Part shown: piece by piece, positions 35,614-49,294 of the stretch
Numbering within the stretch: position 1 is the stretch's first letter
How the letters are laid out: the number at the start of each line of letters is the position of its first letter
NCBI RefSeq assembly: GCF_037042905.1
Contig: NC_087258.1
Location: forward strand, 8,246,001 to 8,310,000
Direction of reading: 5' to 3'
DNA from: Lytechinus pictus
Lineage: Eukaryota
DNA: 64,000 bases
The notes under the pieces: model-generated
Databases searched by the model: none
Told to the model about the DNA's origin: nothing
Seen by the model: only the letters and a program-made list of their open reading frames with translations
Translations under genes and position numbers: made by a program

Positions 35614-38600
35614 CTATTGAAATAAATAATGAAGCACCAAGGAGATACAACAAACGATGGGGGAAAAGAAGATAATGGCGTCACTCCCTCCTGTTGTCAT
35701 GGTGATTGTGTGGTCGGCCGTCGTACCGTCTATATCATAAAGAGACAGTGAACAACATAAGGGCCAAAAATAAGAATACATGGATATTCATCTCTAAAAT
35801 GTTTAAACACTGATAACCTCACAAATACATCAATTGAATCAATTACAAAATATGAGAACACCACCCTACATGCACTTTCACACACACACACCCTCACACT
35901 AATAACCCATAACCTGCCTATAACCCTCTCATTCGCACGCATACACAACCCTCACACGTTCGCACACACGCTCACAAACACAACGCGCATCCAGGCACTG
36001 GCATATTCTTTCCGTATCACGCAAAACCCATTTTCTCTTCCACGCGCACACATTCTCACACTTGGTCCTCCATTGAATTTTAGAAAGAAGCCTCGCAGAT
36101 TTGAGGGTACCCTTTCGTTTTAAACTTCATCAAACTCATCGGCAATATGTCTTTATGTTACACGTACCTGTTGGATTGGTTTGAAGTATTTCGTCATAAA
36201 CCTCGTAGAGAGAAATAGTTCCGCTTACTGTGCTCGTAACCATCAACATGGCCACTCCCGTTACACTCTTGGATCCAGGAATGAACCTTTAGTAAAAAAT
36301 AAAGAACAAGTTAGTAATAGTTCACATGAATGTGCATTTTGAAAGACAGATAATATGATGATTAAAACGAACGGGGTATTATAGGGAATCTCCGTTCCTA
36401 CTAAATTGAGCATAATTTCATAAAATTACTTTCCAGTCATATAATGGGCGAATGCGATGAAGAAGAACGGTGCGATATTTGATGACATGATATTGATGAT
36501 GAACAATGATCAATTTATGACAATCTATGCATATAGAACGTGGTGTTGTTACAACTTGACATTTTTCATATATCTCTGGTTTCGAAAAAAATGTAAAGTA
36601 GAATATAATTTATTTTAAATCTATTAATTTTAAATCAGTCGTGAAATGCGTTTCATTTACGCTTATATCGCCATCAGTGAAGTGAAAGCGAAATAAAAGT
36701 AGCAATCATGATCTTACTTCATATCTTCCGGATCAAGGTCACCTAGGTTGCCATTGTTAAGAAGATTCTGGAAGGTATCGTTTATGCCACCAGCTCGATA
36801 CACACTTTCGAACGTCGGTACGACCTGGCCGACTTCAAGAGAGTAAATAAGGATCACCGATGTGCGATCGACACCGACGAAGAGGATACGACGTCCATCG
36901 AGTTCGCCGATCTCTACCGATTCACATTCAGGACCCTGCGCGTGTGAGTAGGAAGTGGGAAATATTAAAACACACGGACTTTGCTAATCATATTACAAAC
37001 TATGCATTTGGTATGAATATTAACTCGTATCGTAGACAAATTTGTTTTGCAATTGTATCAACAACTACGCCCATACGCATTCAATTGCCGAATTTTGTAA
37101 TAAATATTTATGAATTTATTTTGATATGAAAAATGGGGAGGATAAAACAGAGCAACGATTCTACGTTTATTGTAATGGATATCGAATCCAAACATTAATT
37201 CCATCCTTCCAATCTTGTAACTTTGCTATTATTATTAACTTTCTTCAAATACTTGATTGTGATTAGCTGTTGAGCCCTGTTACCATGGTAGATACCATAT
37301 TACAGCAAAGATGCCGTAGTTTCGTAACTCTTTATGAAAAGTGCCCCATAAACCTGTTCGTAAGTTACGCGTGACTTTGCGCACGTCTTGTGATATTTTC
37401 ATTGTAAACTAACATAGAGCTGACCTTGCACCGATGAACGGGGGTGGGGTGAGGGTCAAAACAAATTGAAGGGGACGTCATCTTTTTCTCAATTGAGGGT
37501 ATCATAGAAACTTCATGTCCCAAAAATCTCCTTTTCACACTCTTTTTTTCCTTTTCATCCTTTTTTCTATCCTTTTTTCACTACTTGAAAATCATAAACC
37601 CCCCCCCCATGGCACCACCTCTGTCTAAGGATATAGTCCAGTCGTTCGTAAAGTCGTGGCTATCTTTACGACCAGCTTTATGAAACTGCATCCCGGTGCC
37701 TTAAGTCATGATTAGTATTTACAGTATACATTGCCAATCGATTCATATTAATATGATTATCGTACCTTGTTATCGGAGCGCTTGTCAAAAAAATCAATTG
37801 GTTTGTCTTCGTCGGCATCATCAGGTTTCGTGTCCGTGTTGAAGACGTCAGGGTAGAACTTGGCTATCATCTTCTCCACCTCATCGCCACTGTCGTAGAC
37901 GAGTGTCATGTTGGAGGCCCTGAAGATGGAAAACCCTCGTGCTCCAAAGAAAAAAAGCTTCTCAAATTTGTCCTGGTTATCCTTACCGTCGACTTTGCTG
38001 AACATAAGCCGTCCTTTTGGTATATAATATATAATTTGTACAACAAAATAAAATAGGAAAATGAAATCTCAAACTTTAATCCAAAAAAACACGAAAGAAT
38101 ACGCTTGTGTCTCTGCTGTGTGCATGGTGTGTGAGAGGGGGTGTGTGCGAGGGTGTGCGTGTGTGCATGTGTATGGTATGCGTGGATGATTAATTGCCTA
38201 CGGGAGTGTGTGTGTAATGTGAAGGGCGGGGACTCGTCGCTTTCTTGTTTGTCCAATGGCCCAGATGATATATACACGTAGAAATTCGACCAGAATATGG
38301 GAATGCTTGTCTACTGGTCTACTGGTGGGAGTAGAACAGGACATTGCCTTGTTTCCCTAAAAATATATGTAAAGATATAATAATACGTACTTTTTAAATG
38401 TAATGAATAGCTGGCCTATTCGATTTTCACAGGCCTAATCTATGAGTGGAGTGATGAATAGATTACAAAGGTTCGGGTCTTTAGCTCGTGTGCTTGGTTC
38501 ATACGAACATAATGTAATGAAATATCCCGTACTCATTCCTTCTATTTGTTTCATCATTTCATTGATTACGGACATCTTTTTGGGGGGTGCTCTCCTGTCA

Positions 38601-41600
38601 GAAATTCCATCCACAAGGGATATTTGCGTGAAAGGCATAACGAAGGGAAGGTCTCATTAATCTAAAAAGGTTTTACTATTGCGGAAAATGTTTAATCGAA
38701 TCTGGCACGGTGTCAACTTACCTAGAATTTCATTGTCACTCACGTTAGTTATCAGATCGCTATTGAATGTTGACGAAAAATCCCCTGCAAGTCATCAAAA
38801 TAAAGCATTAACAAGTGATTAACGTTATACTCATGTTACAATATTTAACCAAAAGTGCATATTAAGGATGTTTTAAAAGCAATGAACGCATTAATTAAAT
38901 TGTAGTAATGGACCGAAAATTCCATATAATCAAAATATATAAATTTATTTTAGTGTAAGCTATGCAAGCCTTACGTTCTTGCCTGTGAATATTTGGGTCT
39001 AATAATGTTAAGTTTTAATTACATTTTTCTAACACACGCAACAACCTTTGGCATAATTACAAAGCAGTAAATTGTTATTTTAGATTTATTCATTCCTTAC
39101 TTTCTTTAGACGGAGTAGTCTCTTCAGTACACAAAAACTGTTTTTTCGAGAGAGCCCCGATTACCATAAAAGCATAAGCAAAAAGCTTCCTTATATCTAA
39201 TATCTAAAGTTGGTTGCAATACTTACAGAGTACATTAAGTGTAATTTGATTTTAAGTCACCTTCTTTGAAATCATTCCCCCTTTGGCTTTCTGTCCACTC
39301 ATCATTTCCCAGTTCATAATCCAAACTATTGCCCTCATTGGCTGTGATGATATATCCTACTCCATCGACTTCAAAATATTTGATACCATCGGGCTGGAAG
39401 AAGCTAAAGATGTCGTTTTGTTGAAAAACGATCCCTGAAAGTATGATTAAAATTAAGAGTGTGAGATGTAGCTGATTTAAATAAAAAGATCTATATTGGC
39501 AAGCTGGTAAATTTTATCAACTGGTTCCTCGTAATGAAAGCTGTTGATGAAAACTTTATCCATGTCACCGACTTATTCTTGTCTACCAAATATAGAAAAT
39601 ATAGGTAATTTAGAAATACAATTATAATCATAATTTCTTTTTTAAATTTTTGTCTCTTCGACGATGATTTCGGAGAAGCTTCCCAAATTGACCTAATAAT
39701 AAAAACCATGCGAGTCAACCGAGTAATAAAAATCACACTTCATTATAATGCGCCGTTAGGTCCAACTTACACTTTTCTATTGATACAGTGGGGAAAAATA
39801 AATGAATGAATACTGTTCCCAGTGATCACATGGAACACTTAAATAATAACAATTCTACACATGTCATTTACCATATACCTTGTGAGTAACAAATATTGAC
39901 ACCTCACAAATCCCCAATTTAAGAAAATACATACGTTTCGAACGCATAATCATTGTGTATGACTGGAAAGGGTATCTTCTTCCAAATAATTTGATACCAT
40001 ATTTATGTGGTACGTGTTAACACTTGGATCAGTGGCGTACCTGGCATATTTCGTCAAGGGGGGGCAAGCGACAAGAATGAGAAAGGTGGGGGGAGGGGGG
40101 TAGTAGGCATGGACGTGTATAGGCACAATTTTTTTCGAGGGGGGCTGATAATAATTGCCCAAATATCAACTTTACAGTTTTTAATTTTCGAGCGAGCGAA
40201 GCGAGCGAACGTTTTTTTCAATTATTATTTAGCCTTTTTACATGATGTGAGACGTGCAGAAATTATACATTCGGTCATAAAATTACCAATACACAAGGAT
40301 ATTTGGGCATTTCGCAATCCTCCTTTCCCTGCATTTTGCAGCCCACCCCCCCCCCCCATACACGTTTGGATGTGTAGGTCTGGCAGTGGCACTGAAGGTG
40401 GGAAAGGTTACCCAGGGAGTGCCCAATAAAACAGTTGGGATCTTGCTTCTACTGATATTTGCTATCGGGCGATTGCACTTTATTGTCGAAATTAATTCCG
40501 TTTTTTTTTTTATATCATTCCAGAAATGAAATGTATTTGATCGCGATCGATATATTTCTAATCAAGTGGTAATTGCAATGTTTATATTAACATACTTATT
40601 TTATTCCTCTTTGAAGGTGTTTACATTATGTTCCCAATTCTGCTGATTTGGAGAGGTTATAAAAAAGGTATTTGACATTGAAATCAGTTAAAAATAATAT
40701 GAAAATAATAATTGCGAGCGCGAGCTGATTTTTTTCTAAAAATTTAGACTTAAAACGATACATTTTGTGCACTTAATTATTAATACGATGGGTATCTTCC
40801 TTAATGAATTATGCGAGCGCGAAGCGCGAGCTAAAAAAATTGATATTCCTAACTGGACACTAGACATTCTAAGCAGTTTTATAGAATTGGTTTCTTAACA
40901 GTCGTGCGGTCGCGAAGCGCGAGCTAAAAACTTTTGATATTCCGACTTAGAAACTTGATATTCTAAGCACTTTTAGTAACCATGAACAAATTGGTTTCTA
41001 ACTGAATAATTAATTGATGCGAGCGCGAAGAGCGAGCTGAATATTTGAGATATTCCCCCCTGAAAAGTGAACATTCTAAGCACCTTTTAAAAAAAAAACT
41101 ATGAACAAGATGGTAGTTAAAAACAATTAATTGGTGTGAGCGCGAAGCGCGAATTGAAAATTTTTGATATTTCGACCTGAAAACCTTACATTCTGAGCAC
41201 TAGCGTACCTACGGGGGGGGCAGGGGGGGCACTCTGCCCCCCTGACGAGTCACAACCCATGCAAAAACGTATCTTTGCCCCCCCTGAAGGGCTTGAAAAA
41301 CCTTTTTTGCCCCCCCTCTGACGAGCTTGAAGACCTTTATTTATTTTTTTTATTTTTTTTTTTTTGCTTGTCAATTTTTTTCTAGTACGAAATCCTCTAT
41401 TTGTTATCGAAGACCTTTTTTTTTTTTTTTTGCTTGGCAAATTTTTTTCTGGTACGAAATCCGTTATTTGAGATCGAAGACCTTTTTTTTTTTTTTTTTT
41501 TTTTTCTTTTTTTCTTTTCAAATTTTTTGGCGGACGGTTTTGCCCCCCCTGTGGAAAATCCTAGGTACGCCACTGATTCTGAGCACTTCATTTAATTCTG

Positions 41601-44600
41601 AACAGGATGGAATTTTATGCGTTTGCGAAGCACGAGGTAAAATTGTTGATATTCCGACCTAAGAACTTGATATTCTAAGCAAATTTTGTAACCGTGAACA
41701 AATTGGTTTCTACTGATGTATTTTTGATTTTTTATATTCCGACCTGAAAACTGGACATTCTAACCACTTCATTTAACTATGAACAGGATGGATATACCTA
41801 AACAGTTATACGTGAGCACGAAGCGCGAGCTGAAATTTTTGATATTCCGGCCTAAGAACTGGATATTATAAGCACTTTTTGTAACCGTGAACAAATTGGT
41901 TTGTAACTAATAAATTGATGCGAGCGCGAAGTGTGAGCTGAAAATTTTTGATATTTCAATCTGAAAACTAGACATTTATTTTAGGTATCCAACTAAAAAA
42001 TTGATGCGAGCGCTTAGCGCGAGCGAAATTTTTATTGTTTTAATTACATTACCTAAAAGTTTTCTGTACCTTTTTCCTGTCCCTGGTCAGCCCAGTCCAT
42101 ATTCACTATCGGTACAGAGAGCTCCAAAAGTCGCATTGCGTAAAAATCACAATTTACCGATAAAAGTGTAAGGTTTAATTGACATTTACAGACAATGATG
42201 GTGGAACTAAAAAACCGAATCAGTTGGAACAGCCAAGTGTGCCCGAAATATTTCCAACAGTCTGCAGTCCAGTTTTTGTTTCCCTTTTCTCTTAAACTCT
42301 TTCTTCTTTTTCCCCTTCCCCTTTTTTCTTTCTTTCCTTTTTCCTCTTTTTCTTTCTCTTTTTTCGCTTCCTTTTTTTTTGCTCGTGACTCGTCAGGGGG
42401 GCAGTCTGCCCCCCCTTAGGTACGCTAGTGACTTGGATGATCAGGAGGTATTATTTACAGTGATGTATATTTCGATTTGCGCCAAAGTAATGCATGAATG
42501 CAATGAATGAACCCCAGATGCAAATGGTATCATAATCCTACATGAGTTAGTAAACGTATTTGAAAATCCTTTTTTTTTTATTGATGAGTTGAATTCAGAA
42601 ATAGAGAGTATGAGCAAAATAGTTTACCACCATCTTTGTCGCTTGCATCCAGGTAGAGGCTACTCCAGCTTTTTTCACCAAGTGGATAGATGTCTTCTAT
42701 CTCATCGGTTGTTAAATCTATGACAGCGATTGCGTTGTTTTTCTGAAATAACAAAAAAAACGTAGTGCTGTAAAAAGCCTATAATGTACTGATACTCAAA
42801 CAGTTTATTCAAGTAAATCAAGATCACTTCACCTCCCAAATATTTTGGTTTCTAACGCCGTTATGTATATTTCTGTACGACGATGCCTCGGATTGAATGT
42901 TGTACATAAATATTTATTCATTCTATGAAAGGTTTATATAACATATGCGTATGATGATATCTTGCTTGGAAACAATTATCATTTTCAACCACTTTGAACT
43001 ATTACAAATAAAGGGCCACCAGCTTGCAGCCGAGTCTCTACAATTTATTGATTGTGACACTGCCCCCCCGGTGGCGGGAGATAAAATGTAGAAAATTGTC
43101 GGGCAGAGGGTTGGTGCGTAATTTCCGGGAAAACGGGAAAAAAATAGATTACTTAAATTATTATTATTATAAACTGTCATAAAAGTATTTTTTAAGTTTT
43201 ACAGAGAGAAATTGGTAATGAACAAAAATTAAAAAAAATAAAAAAAAGTTGAAGGTGCATGCTGTGGTTGGAGAATAAATGTCAGCTTCCTTTCTAGTAA
43301 CAAGTGATGTGAAGCAAGGATGTACAATCGGTCCTATCTTTTTTTTTTACTTTTTTCTAGCAGCAGCATCTACAACAGTCATCAAAATCTTCACAACAAT
43401 AAGGCCTCATTCTCACCATGCAATTCAGCGACGGTCCTATGTAATTAACTGCAATGTGCTCTCCTAACAAGCTTTTCGTTGCATTTGAATGTACAATAAT
43501 TGTTACTTGCCGAATATTTGATGAGAATTATTGAAAGTTAGCTTCCATTACGTGACCTTGAAAGCGCCCACAATTTTTTTGTATAAGTCCTCAAGATTGT
43601 CTCAAACTAATTTCCATATAGCATACACGTACCTGTAATGCAACATATGCTTTAGTGTCATTTTTGTTATATGTAATGTATTCAGGCTCCATATTTTGTG
43701 AGAATGTATGTTCGCCATCGTCTAATTGTCCACGGTAAGAATAACGCACGCCTTTTCCCACGTATTCATCAGCTCTAAAAAAATATAAAATAAATAAATA
43801 AATAAAAATCAGAACAAAGGTTGTACGTTTGAAAATAAAAAGTTCCCAAGGAGCTCTCGCTGCCCAGACATGCTTAAAAATTAAATTTGGAAATTAAGAC
43901 TTCATGAAATAAAATGTGAAAATTCTCTGCACAAAGTTGTCATTCATATTCTTATTTCGGAGTTTTAGGAGTTATATCATATTGGCACAATTCATTTAAG
44001 ACACACAGATGTGTACTAAGATAATCTTGACAATTCTGCAAAGGTGTATTGATAATGATAATATCTCCATTCATATAGCGCTGTTACTATGTGCATATAC
44101 TCAACTGCGCTTTGATACGTGGTATCATAATTATCATTGCCCTGACCGTAGCTGAGCCGCCATATCGGCGCTAAAGCGTCAAGGAATTAATCCTACCGGG
44201 TACCCATTCACTTCACCTGGGTCGAGTGCAGCACAAAATGGGTAAATCCCTTGCTGTAGGAAAACACACCATGGCTTGGATTCGAACCCACGTCCCTCTG
44301 CTAGAAAGACGAGAGTCGTAACCACTAGACCATGACGCCCTTACCATCATCATTATCATTATTATTGAATAACGTCAATATTATTCACCTGTCATTGAAT
44401 TGAGTGAAGTTGAGCAGTGTAGAATTGTAGGTGGAGCCATCATGGGAAAGTCGAATAATGGATATCGTTCCCTCTGGATTGATCAATGCCGTCTTCTCAG
44501 CATTTTCTTTCGCTATTCCCTTATTAGCAACGAGGATGGTTAGGCAATCGTGTGAGAAATGAAGCATATCAGGTTTGCTGCCGACTTTAACCAAAGACGA

Positions 44601-46238
44601 AAGTAAGTAAATTAACGAACGAAAAAATAAAACCAATCAATTTTTATTTGATTTAATTTACTAATTTACTGATTTCCGTTCAGTTGTACATAATATGCTA
44701 AGCATAACACAACATGAACATAACAACAATGTTAACATAATTTTTTCAATCAACATCTGATAGTTATTGTTTCCATGAGGACTTATCATTGCGAGCTGAC
44801 GTTTAATTTAATTTTTATTAGTCCTATACCAATCAAATGGTCAGCTGTACAGTACATCTCACTGGATGAGAGATATATAATCAGAATGCAAATTAGTATA
44901 CATTGTGCTGTATATCTCTATGCCCACTCAGTATATTGAATACGCAGGTAAAACATGTGACCTCACAACCTGAAACGTTTGAAATGAATTACTCTGTTGT
45001 TCTGTGATCGGGGGGGGGGCGTTTTATCAACTTTGTTGGACTAACAAATTATCAGGTCTGACAACTTGCTTCATTTTGATTGGTTGAGATGGACTCTCAC
45101 TTTGGACCCTGTTGTATAAAACATCCGACTACTTCTTTCATGAAACGCTCCTCACAAAGCTTTCTTAAACATAATTTCCCCATGTGTTTCACTTTTATCC
45201 AACTTTTAACCAACTTGACCTCAAGCTAGACTTTCCTTTTCAACACTTACTCGGTATTTCCAGAAGCCTGTTCCACGTCTCTGCAGTTTTGTCGTAAAGG
45301 CTGTAAATCTGTAGAGTACCCGGATCTACTTTCGTATTTCCTTCAAGAACGAAGGCAACAAAGTCGCCGCAGGTCTCGATGTCATTGCATGTAAAGTCGA
45401 TAGTCATTCGATGAATAATGGTGGGCGTGGTCACATTTGACCAATCAGTGATATGGATATAATTGTCACCTGGGAAGAATAAAACGCCATACCGCTATGA
45501 TATGAATTTCAAAGTGATAGTCACAAATTAAAATGATGATTAGGCATATTGTTCCATGTTGCATAGACACTTGTTTTGTGCCAAGAAATAATCTACGTTA
45601 CATGCTTATGGACATATTCGAAATACAGAATTACTAATACCACAGTTCATCATACTTTTGTCTAGTCCATCTAGCGTAAATTGATTGGCCAAACTATACT
45701 TTTTTTGAGAAAAAAATAATAATCTTTGGAAAATATTGTAAAGGAATGTCCAATGTGGACAAAATAAAACTTAATTTGGAAATGTTAGATCAGGACATTT
45801 TTTAGATTTTTCACAACAGTAAATTTTAGAGGTTGACAATGACTTCTGAAAGATTGTCTGTACCATGTTCCGTGTCCATCTTACAATGAACCTCCATTAA
45901 ATCAAGTTAATTGAATACGATATTTTACTAAAATAACTTGGTGGTAGACTGGATGAATGTGTCACATGGAGGAAAAATCGGTTCGAAAGGTATAGGACAA
46001 ATAAAACATACAGAGAGAACTAAATAAACTGACCTCCTGTGTAGGCAATTTTGTTGGTAGCATCGTAGCCAGACTGTTCTGAAGCGCCCTCATCGATGCC
46101 ATAAAGACCAACTTCTTCGTTATATTCGTATGGTATGGAGATGGTAGCAACTGGACGAAGGGTTACCATCGCAGAAGCGATTGGTAAAACAACCAGTAGC
46201 GAAGCAATAAGGCCAATCTGCTGTCGCATCTCGTTCAT
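35614..46238 (-). CDS. msp130: MSP130-family mesenchyme-specific cell-surface glycoprotein (choice-of-anchor I / alkaline-phosphatase-related), 11 exons, ~604 aa
   Basis: Exons 46238-46034, 45469-45251, 44584-44389, 43774-43633, 42742-42628, 39434-39261, 38784-38722, 38013-37766, 36935-36718, 36286-36168 and 35729-35614; GT-AG, phases consistent, 1815 nt. Signal peptide; motifs GSKPDML, NPEGTISII, MEPEYI, LDASDKDGG, QPDGI, ITANEG, FGARGFSI, YDSGDE, DKRSDNKGPECE, GDLDPED, TVSGTISLYEV; hydrophobic GPI-type C-terminus. The symbol is family-level; the exact paralog is not determined. Confidence 0.9.
40030..42430. mobile_element. hAT-like non-autonomous element in MSP130 intron 5
   Basis: CAGTGGCGTACCT...AGGTACGCTAGTG; 8-bp TSD ACTTGGAT (40022-40029, 42431-42438); about 10 GCGAGCGCGAAGCGCGAGC-type motifs. 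Confidence 0.85.
41198..41575. mobile_element. Small hAT-like MITE nested, inverted, in a host with the same termini
   Basis: CACTAGCGTACCT...AGGTACGCCACTG; 8-bp TSD ATTCTGAG (41190-41197, 41576-41583). Confidence 0.85.
44051..44340 (-). mobile_element. tRNA-derived SINE (family of 12266-12561)
   Basis: Minus strand GGGCGTCATGGTCTAGTGGTTACG...GGGTTCGAATCC; shared body; (ATT/ATC)n-type tail. Confidence 0.75.
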
Positions 46239-48011
46239 GATGGGTGTACGTTTAAGTTGAGTCTTTCTGGAGAATATAGAAACAAATTTCGAGGATTATC
46301 TTTCCTGGAACTATGGACAAGTGTACTGACTGTGTGTGGTTTTTTTAACTTCCCTTTTCTTGGCTGCTGATACAAATGGTATGATACGAGGAGGCACAAG
46401 ATGATTATGACGAAAATGCTCATGATGATGATGATGGTGGTGGTGGTGGTGATATATCAGACTTATAGATCATTCACGACGAACAGGGCGAATTGGAGAT
46501 TACTAATACAATCCTACAAACTGTATAGACCTGAATGATGGTAGCTTTGTAAGTACATGTCCAGGGCAAAAGTGTCCAACAAAGTGATGTCCTAGGGAAA
46601 ATGTATATTTTTTCTGTTTTTTTTAAGGAGTTTTTTCTAATACAAATACATTGATTTAGAGAGTTTAAATGAGTTCTCTTATTTGGTGGTGATTAATAAT
46701 TCTTCTTTATAATACTTTATTATTCATTTACGTATCCAAAACGATACCGACGTACATATTCGTCATTAGTCATGGTCTATTTATGTCGAATGTAGAGTTA
46801 GCCTTTAATTTGACACATAATGTATTTGATTTGTTTCTATACAGTGATATTTCATGTATTCCATGAATGTAGGCCTACAGTTTTAAGACCTGGTGCCACT
46901 ATCCGACGGACACAAAACGTATTAATAAAGGACACAGCGGACGAGCAACATTTCGGGGGTGGCTCCGTCCGTTTTCATCCGCTCCAGAAAATGGACAAAA
47001 TGGGCGAACAATGAGATCACAGTGGAAGGATGCTCGATGGATATAGAATGTATGAAACACGTATGTAAGGGGAGTACACAGCGGAAACATTACGTTTTCC
47101 AACGGATGGCAAGATTATTTTCCGTTTTACATCCTCTCTGCATCCGTAAGTGCAGTGGGACCAAGCCTTTAAAATTCATGTGTGATAACTGGATAATAAT
47201 CCTTAGTATTTGCCTTCCATAACCATGATAACTACATATGGCTATGTAGCAGTACATGTAAGATATATGATCGTGACTGTAACTGTGTACTCTATGATAT
47301 TAAGGTCAAAATACCACATAAAAGTGCACATTTCCATTTATCAAATCTGACAATGATCTTATAAACCTGTACGATAACCCAGCATATGAAAGTGCAAAGA
47401 AAACTTACCGAAATTTAACAGGTACTACTTATCTAAGACTTGAGTTGTATAGTCTCGCCGTTCAGAAATCTGGATGTGACTCAGTAGTCACATAGAAAAT
47501 ACATATTTGCCTTTGGAAAATGTCAGAGCTATTTTCAGTTATGAAGGCATTCAGTAAATAGCCGGGTGAATAGGTGTACATATTGACACAAAAGGGCCGG
47601 TTAATTCCTTCAAAAATTATGAAAAGCCAACAGTCACAGATATTGAAAACAGACTTTTATACGAATTCAAGACTTTTTTTATTATTATTTAAAATACTTG
47701 TGTTCTGAATGTGTATTCAATTAAAATTAGCACAATAGTTGATTTTAATCTGGGTTTATATTATTATTTTGCGGGGGGAGATAAAAGTTATGTTCAAGGG
47801 CAGAATATTGCTGTACCAGAATTAACGTGTTTTTCGGGTGTTTTTACAACAATAACCCATTAAATAAATTTTTAAGTACAGTCATATTCAAATCAACACG
47901 TTGCGTATTTGAAAACCTGAAGAACTTAAAAGGCTAATGTCGTCAAAAACATTTTTCATAAAACCCAAAACTACAACCTCTATTTACTATGATAACCGTC
48001 TTGACTGGGTA

Positions 48012-48224
48012 ATGCCTCGCTCCCGAATCGTACGATCAGTTTCGAACGCCAAGATTGGCCTTTCGGAACTGATCGCGAAAATGTTTGGACCATTGAACTA
48101 TTTCTACGATCAGTACAATTGCCACGACCGATCTGATATGAACTGATACGGTCACTACGATTACGCCACGATTCAAAGCACAGTTTTGGTCGTAGTGCGA
48201 ATCGCGAAAGTGGGAACGAGGTAT
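48012..48224. mobile_element. Small MITE
   Basis: ATGCCTCGCTCCC ... GGGAACGAGGTAT imperfect TIRs; TACGAT-rich interior. Confidence 0.5.
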
Positions 48225-48979
48225 AAATAAAACAAGAAGCTTACGTCTACACGATTGCTAATTAATTATTTTTAAAATATTTTTACGATTAAGAGATGTT
48301 AAACATGTTAAAAGAATGTATTATCCCCGTACATCTTGGCCTTCTGGGAAAAGCGCAGTATAAGCAAAAAAGCAAAAAAAATCATTATACTTTAAAAACC
48401 ATGTCGTTACAAATTTAATTCGTATCCACATTTTACGCCTGTGTGGGTCGGGGTTCGGGTGCGTGTGTTTATATCATTGTTTTAGATTTAACAAACGTGT
48501 AGCAAGCAGATATGTTTATTTATACAATCTACCGTAATAGCGCAATTGTAGTGTTTATTTTTGTTAAAAAGATGTTTTTCTTCACCCATGGCTGAATAAA
48601 TGCCACACAAAATATCACCAACTGATTAAGAGTGAAAATATTTACAGGATGCATAAAAGCCGGTTATAATTTAATGTGATTTTTCGTAAGAAACCTTGTC
48701 AAAGCTCAGCGCAACGTCTTTCCCCGCAGGAATCCGGCAAGCAGCTTTTTATTACCAATCAACGCATTTCATTAAGTATGATGATGAATGTGGAAAGCCG
48801 CAAATAAAAGACGCGTATTAGCACGTGGTATCTGCTGAAACACATCGCACTGACTTTAGACAAGATAACTAGAAGAGTTCAACTCTAAACACTTTTTAAA
48901 TCAATTAATAGAGTGGAAATGAACATTTCATATTCAAAATATTTCACCATCCTCTCATTATTCTCTCCCCCTCATGCCC

Positions 48980-49294
48980 CTAGAAACGATTTTTACACCG
49001 GGGTGCTGATGTGAATTTGAAAAGCAAAAAAAAATAAAACTGAGGGGTTTTGAAGCTGATTTTGGTCAAGAAAATTTGTCAAGAAAAAAACAGGCTTCAA
49101 TTTAATTGGGTCCAGATAATTTTGACAAGCAAAAAAAGGATGTTCTACCACAACAAGTACGTCATTTTGGGTTACAGTTTTCAATTTTCCACATCTACCA
49201 GAATTACAGTGGGGTGCCGCCTATGGAGAATAATACACGCAGCACCCCCAAGGAAAATCTTAGGGGTGCAGCACCCTCGCTTCCCAGGGCCATG
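48980..49294. repeat. Dispersed repeat family (also ~26035-26265 and ~56050-56329)
   Basis: Shared AACGATTTTT.ACTGGGGGTGCTGATG.AAATTTGA...ATGGAGAATAATACACGCAGCACCC...CAGGGCCATG. Confidence 0.6.

Noticed and set aside
46882-47162. Possible CACT-ended MITE upstream of MSP130-A
   Set aside because: The inverted ends are too imperfect and no TSD could be identified.
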